DNA of 64,000 nt, taken from positions 375,140-439,139 of the forward strand of contig NW_027192204.1 in the NCBI RefSeq assembly GCF_041956535.1. The letters run 5' to 3'. A model generated the notes under the pieces. That model was given only the letters and a program-made list of their open reading frames with translations, did not search any database and was not told the origin of the DNA. The DNA is from Calcarisporiella thermophila CBS 279.70 (Eukaryota; Fungi; Calcarisporiellomycota). Positions 59,182 through 64,000 of the stretch are shown here, piece by piece. The position numbers were made by a program, and so were the translations under genes. Position 1 is the first letter of the stretch. Each line of letters starts with the position of its first letter.

Positions 59182-61433
59182 CTTCTAGATTTATCGGAAA
59201 CTTGCGCAGCAAATTTCGATGCATTTTATAGGAATGGCAATCGATTTAGGATTATGAGTCAGGGGGAGCCTGAGTCAGAATTAAAGAGCTAGGCTCTGAT
59301 GCCTGGTGCGACTATTAGCAGACAGCGTCAATAGATCTTTGCCCGCAAGTCGTGCCATAGGGGGTTTTATTAATGAGTTAATACGGCAAAATCTCTGAAA
59401 AAGGAGGTTTCAGAATTGGACAGTTTATGTTAGCTCAAGTGACGACGCATTGATACTCTTCATATGCGCTATCATCCAATACCTCTACTTAACTGTACAC
59501 TTCAGAGCTCCTGGTCGGCAAGTAGTCGCGATCCCTTTCTCACTCCACACACCCCTCGCTGAAAATACCTATGTAATAATGATTGATGACAATTTTAGGG
59601 TCATACGGTCTTGCACCACTACTATTATCCACATAGTGATTACTTCGTGAGAAGTTAGTGTGACACACCTGCTCCAATCCTTTCACCAGGAACAACTCTA
59701 TAGTTTGGAGCCAACAGGCAGATTGAGGCAATTTTCCAAATGAATATCAAGAGCAAGCCAAGATTTCTTATAGAAAAATGACAAGTAAAATCCATTGCTA
59801 TGACCGAACCTAGGGTTTAAGTCTGAAAACAGCTCCGAGGAAAGAGTGGGAAGCCACACCACCTTTTTGACGATATCACATTGGGTAGATGCTATGGAAG
59901 CCTAAAGAAGTCTCTCGCCTCTCCGTTAAGTTTCAATTGTGGCGTGTATTCCGCGACTAATTTTGGCACTGGTGCTATTCAGTGTGAGTTGATTCATTAT
60001 TTGAAAGAAATCGACTGATAAATGATGAAAGCAGTTTGCTCACGTACTCAGAATGACAATAAGAATACCTCATATAACAACCAAACTGAATAGATTATAT
60101 ATATATACCAGATACTCACTTGATCATTCTTGCCTGAAAACATTTATACTATTTCTAGTATCACCTAAATCAATGGTAAGAACAAGGTCGCCTAATTAAT
60201 CAAGGCTAATTCTATATGCATCCAGGCATAGTTATTAATTATCTCAGAGTTGCTTAATTACTCTGTTTTATTTAACTGAGTTAAACTTGTACATTTATAT
60301 CTCTCGCGTTAAGTTATTATTTTATTACATTTTATATTCTTGTTTATCATCGTTCGTGCCCTTGTTTTTAAAACTTGTTTTTTTCGGAGCCTGAGAAACG
60401 TATAGAAAGAATGTTTAAAATACAAAAATTTGGATAATTGATGACATAGTTGTAGTATCAAATATTACAGGAACTGCTAAGGTATTGATTCCTTAGTGTT
60501 ATGTATAATTTGTATACTTGGTAAACTCGGTCAATTCTACCATATAAATCCGAACCATCAAGATCTGCATTTTATGGAAATTAAAGTATTTTACGCGCAT
60601 ATTTCCACTAAGTTTAATAAAAATTTAGTCGACAATCGAGGGATGATATATATGTACAATAACAATAACAATACTAATAATAGCACAGGCCAAGTATGTG
60701 AAACAATCCCAAGAGATGAACCACCTCCTTGCCATATACACGATGTTAGAAAATTTAAGAGCACTTGTACCGATGAAGGGAGTGCGGGTGATTGAATTCT
60801 GAAAAAACAACAAGACCAGACCATGAGAACAAGAAATATGGACATCGCACAGAACATATCAAAATCGACATGGTTTCGCCCATACCATGATAACGATCAT
60901 CCTGAGCACAGCATCATCGATATCTATGCTATGAGCGGGGCAAGCATAGCAGCGTGGAGAGCTATCATTATTGTGAATCCGAAGCATAAGAATATCCTGC
61001 GCCGACAACTCGAACCTCGAGGGCATCCTTCCGAGGGAAGCCCAAGAGTTCTTAGTACTCGGATCGAACCAAAGTCGACCATCACAAGCCTCGATAAGCG
61101 CCCACGCTGCTGAAGCGTGCACGTGATGCCACTCTCGCGCTCAAGCTGTACCGGCTCGATTTTGCCTTTTTCTCTCCTGATATCACCACGATGGCCGGGT
61201 GCCGGGAATGAAACTTGCCCTCTGCTCCTGTACAACGGAAAAATCTGGGTTTGAAAATTAACTTTTTATTGCCTTATTGCCTCTCCTTTCCCAGAGAACT
61301 CTTACTTTGTGAGATCTCGCGCGCGATCTTCTTCTCATCATTTTTCGTTATTCGATTTTCCCCCTTGGGTCTTGAGGAGGAGGGCGATCTGCGCGAGCTT
61401 CTGTTCCGGCGTAATCTAGTCTCCGGCTTCATC

Positions 61434-63082
61434 ATGATCAGCGCCCTCTTCATTTTCAACCAGAAGGGCGAGGTGCTTATTTCGCGGCTATACCGGCAAG
61501 ACCTCAAGTAGAGCTCATTCTCACACTGCCTGTGATGGCTCTCTCTCCATCTTGGACCTCACCTTGATTCTTGTAATGCTAGGCGCTCCATAGCAGACAT
61601 CTTCCGCATTAATGTCATTTCGAATCCTACAGTAAGGTCGCCCATTATCACGCTCGGAAGCACGTCGTTTCTCCATATTCGGCATGAAAATATCTACATC
61701 GTCGTGGTGACCAAATCTAATGCCTCGGCCGCATTGCTATTTGAATTCTGTTATCGAATGGTCCATTTGGGGAGGAGCTATTTTGGGAAATTCAACGAGG
61801 ACGCGGTGAAGAATAACTTTGTGTTAGTTTACGAATTGCTGGACGGTAAGCGAGATATCCATGAATCTCTGGGGCTGTTCTCCCAACTGACGTTGGAGGA
61901 TGTAGAGATCCTTGACCACGGCTATCCCCAGAATTGCGATGCGGACACGCTTAAGCTGTACATTACGACTGAGGGGGTCGTGTCGGAGCGAGCGGTGGTA
62001 AGTTTCATCCAGCGATGATTCTATTGAACGGCCGGTACTGATGCTTTACAAACAGAGGGACGACTCGAAGCGCATCACCATGCAGGTCACTGGGTCCACG
62101 ACTTGGCGCCGTGCCGGCATCAAATATCGCCGTAATGAAGCCTTCATCGATGTGATTGAAAAAATCAATCTTCTAATGAGCGCGAAGGGTATTCTACTGC
62201 GATCGGACGTGTCGGGCCAGATTATGATGCGCGCATATCTTTCTGGAATTCCGGACTGTAAACTAGGATTGAACGACAGGATGTTGGTGGACTCGAGGAC
62301 ACGCGAAAGACATGCGGGGCGGATGAGAGGAGAGGTGGTTGAGATTGATGATTTCCAGTTCCATCAATGCGTGAAACTGGGGAGGGCAGAAGACGATAGA
62401 ACCATTGTATTTATCCCGCCGGACGGGGAATTCGAACTGATGAGGTAAATTGTGCAAGCTCGCGCCGACGCTAAAGAAAGAGGCTATGGACCAAACGATT
62501 GTTTTTTCTTCTTTTTTATGCTTTAGGTACCGCACGACAGAGAACATTAATCTTCCTTTCCGTGTGGATCCTGTGGTGACAGAGATCGGAAAGACACGGG
62601 TCGAGTACAAGATCCGGGTCAAGGCCAACTTCCCTTCCAAGCTCCATGCATCCAATGTTGTGATTAAAATCCCTACCCCTCTCAATGCAGCCAAGGTGGA
62701 TGCAAAGGTTACGATGGGGAAAGCAAAGTACACGCCCGCCGAAAACGCGATAATATGGAAGTGCGTGGAGTATAAGGCTGTTACTCGAGCTTCTTCGAAA
62801 AGGTTTGCTTAACTCTCGACCTTGGATTGTATCTGCCTATCTAGGATATCTCGGTTTGCCGGCCAGTCCGAATGCACTCTTTCCGGAGAGGCCGAACTGA
62901 CCACCATGACGAACAAGAAGGCTTGGTCGCGCCCACCCCTCTCGATGGAATTTCAGGTGCTTATGTTCACCTCCTCAGGGTTGCTGATACGGTATCTGAA
63001 AATTTTCGAGAAGAGCGGCTACCGCAGCGTCAAGTGGGTGCGATACGTAACTATGAACGGAAGCTATCTTATCCGGTTCTGA
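61434..63082 (+). CDS. APM4: AP-2 adaptor complex mu subunit
   Basis: [98 protein letters not shown]. Confidence 0.95.
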
Positions 63083-63426
63083 TGCGAAGGCCTCTCGTAG
63101 TAACACTGCTAGATGCATTGCTTTGTACAAATATATTAATTTCCACCCATCTCTCCACCCTGAATATCCATGTTCAAACGAAGCGAGAAACGTATTATCA
63201 CTCTATTATGGCTCCAAAAGGTTGAATCATAAAAGCAAAAAGGTGACGCGAACGCATGCCCCTTATCCCCCCTTAATCTCAATTAATCCTTTTTCGGCCT
63301 TTAGTCTGGAGTATTATTAAAAATTGAATAGAGATTTGTAAAGCCGATTAGCTCTCTTCGCATTCATTAATCGTCTGGCTTGGAAAAGAAAAAAAAATAA
63401 AATCCGCACACTTAAAGACTCGGTTT

Positions 63427-64000
63427 ATGGCGCATGCAAAGCAGAATTACTCCACGCAGGTGGAGGACACCGTCAACGATCAAATTCACGTGGAGCAGAC
63501 AGCCTCTCACACCTATCGCTTTGATGCCGCCTGGTGCGACAGAGATAATGTAGCATTGCCGGTATGGCGCTTCGCCTGATTTGCCTCCCTCCTCGGAAGA
63601 TGGTTCTGTTTTCATTATCTAATTCTGCAACCATCGTAGGGTCTGGAGAGTTATTTTAGACACAAGACAGAGGAAGAGAGTGAGCGCGCTCAGAAGCTCA
63701 TCTCCTACCAGAATATGCGCGGTGGCCGCGCCATTCTCAAGCAAGTGCCTGCACCAGCCACTGAGCTCCGCTCTCCCAAGAAAGTTGTCGAGGGGAGCTT
63801 GCAGCTCGAGAAAGACGTTAACAAAGCCCTGCTCTCCTTCAGCCTTCAAGCCCAGGAAGCAAAAGATGCTCAACTGGATAACTATGTGAAGCAGAAGTTC
63901 CTTGCCGAACAGGCTGAGTCGATTGAAGAGCTCGCGCGAATGACCACCCAGTTAGAAAGAGTGGGCGCTGATGGGTTGGGGCTTTACATCTGGGACCGGG
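63427..64000 (+). CDS. Eukaryotic-type ferritin (3' end runs off window)
   Basis: AKQNYS..VNDQIHVEQTASHTY..DRDNVALP|GLESYF..EEESERAQKLISYQNMRGGR..LQLEKDVN..FLAEQ..LERVG..GLGLYIWDR; one intron. Confidence 0.92.

Noticed and set aside
59450-61235. Short ORFs upstream of AP-2 mu as a possible transposon remnant
   Set aside because: No recognisable transposase or RT motif, terminal repeats or TSD; cannot be supported without a homology search.
63330-63426. Iron-responsive element upstream of ferritin
   Set aside because: No CAGTGN-loop hairpin is present.

Overview
Gene-dense, intron-rich eukaryotic DNA, most consistent with an early-diverging (non-Dikarya) fungus, inferred from a eukaryotic-type ferritin, a WDR81-like BEACH gene, a chitin deacetylase and an Skn7-type regulator. 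About 26 protein genes were reconstructed by hand from GT-AG splice signals: RPB9, I9 inhibitor, Ran1-like kinase, CLIP-170-like, NT5C-like HAD, P450, SKN7-like, GCKIII kinase, alpha-arrestin, MAS2, CDA, ADE2, WDR81-like, GAA1, RPC31, MDR1-type ABCB, Prx-fold protein, R3HCC1-like RRM, serine racemase-like, AP-2 mu, ferritin and others, plus two identical tRNA-Arg(ACG) genes. The most striking items are not evident from the ORF track: (1) a tandemly duplicated gene for a secreted, probably Kex2-processed peptide made almost entirely of DDDCC repeats (38 Asp and 27 Cys in 71 aa); (2) two paralogous non-canonical tRNA-like elements that share a 16-nt leader; (3) a spliced 37-aa single C2H2 zinc-finger microprotein. 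Several proteins also carry substitutions at key catalytic residues: a Cys-less Prx with an NLS-like N-terminus, an Skn7 receiver with D->N, and a ferritin with H65->R. All gene models are manual and not verified by transcript data or database searches.
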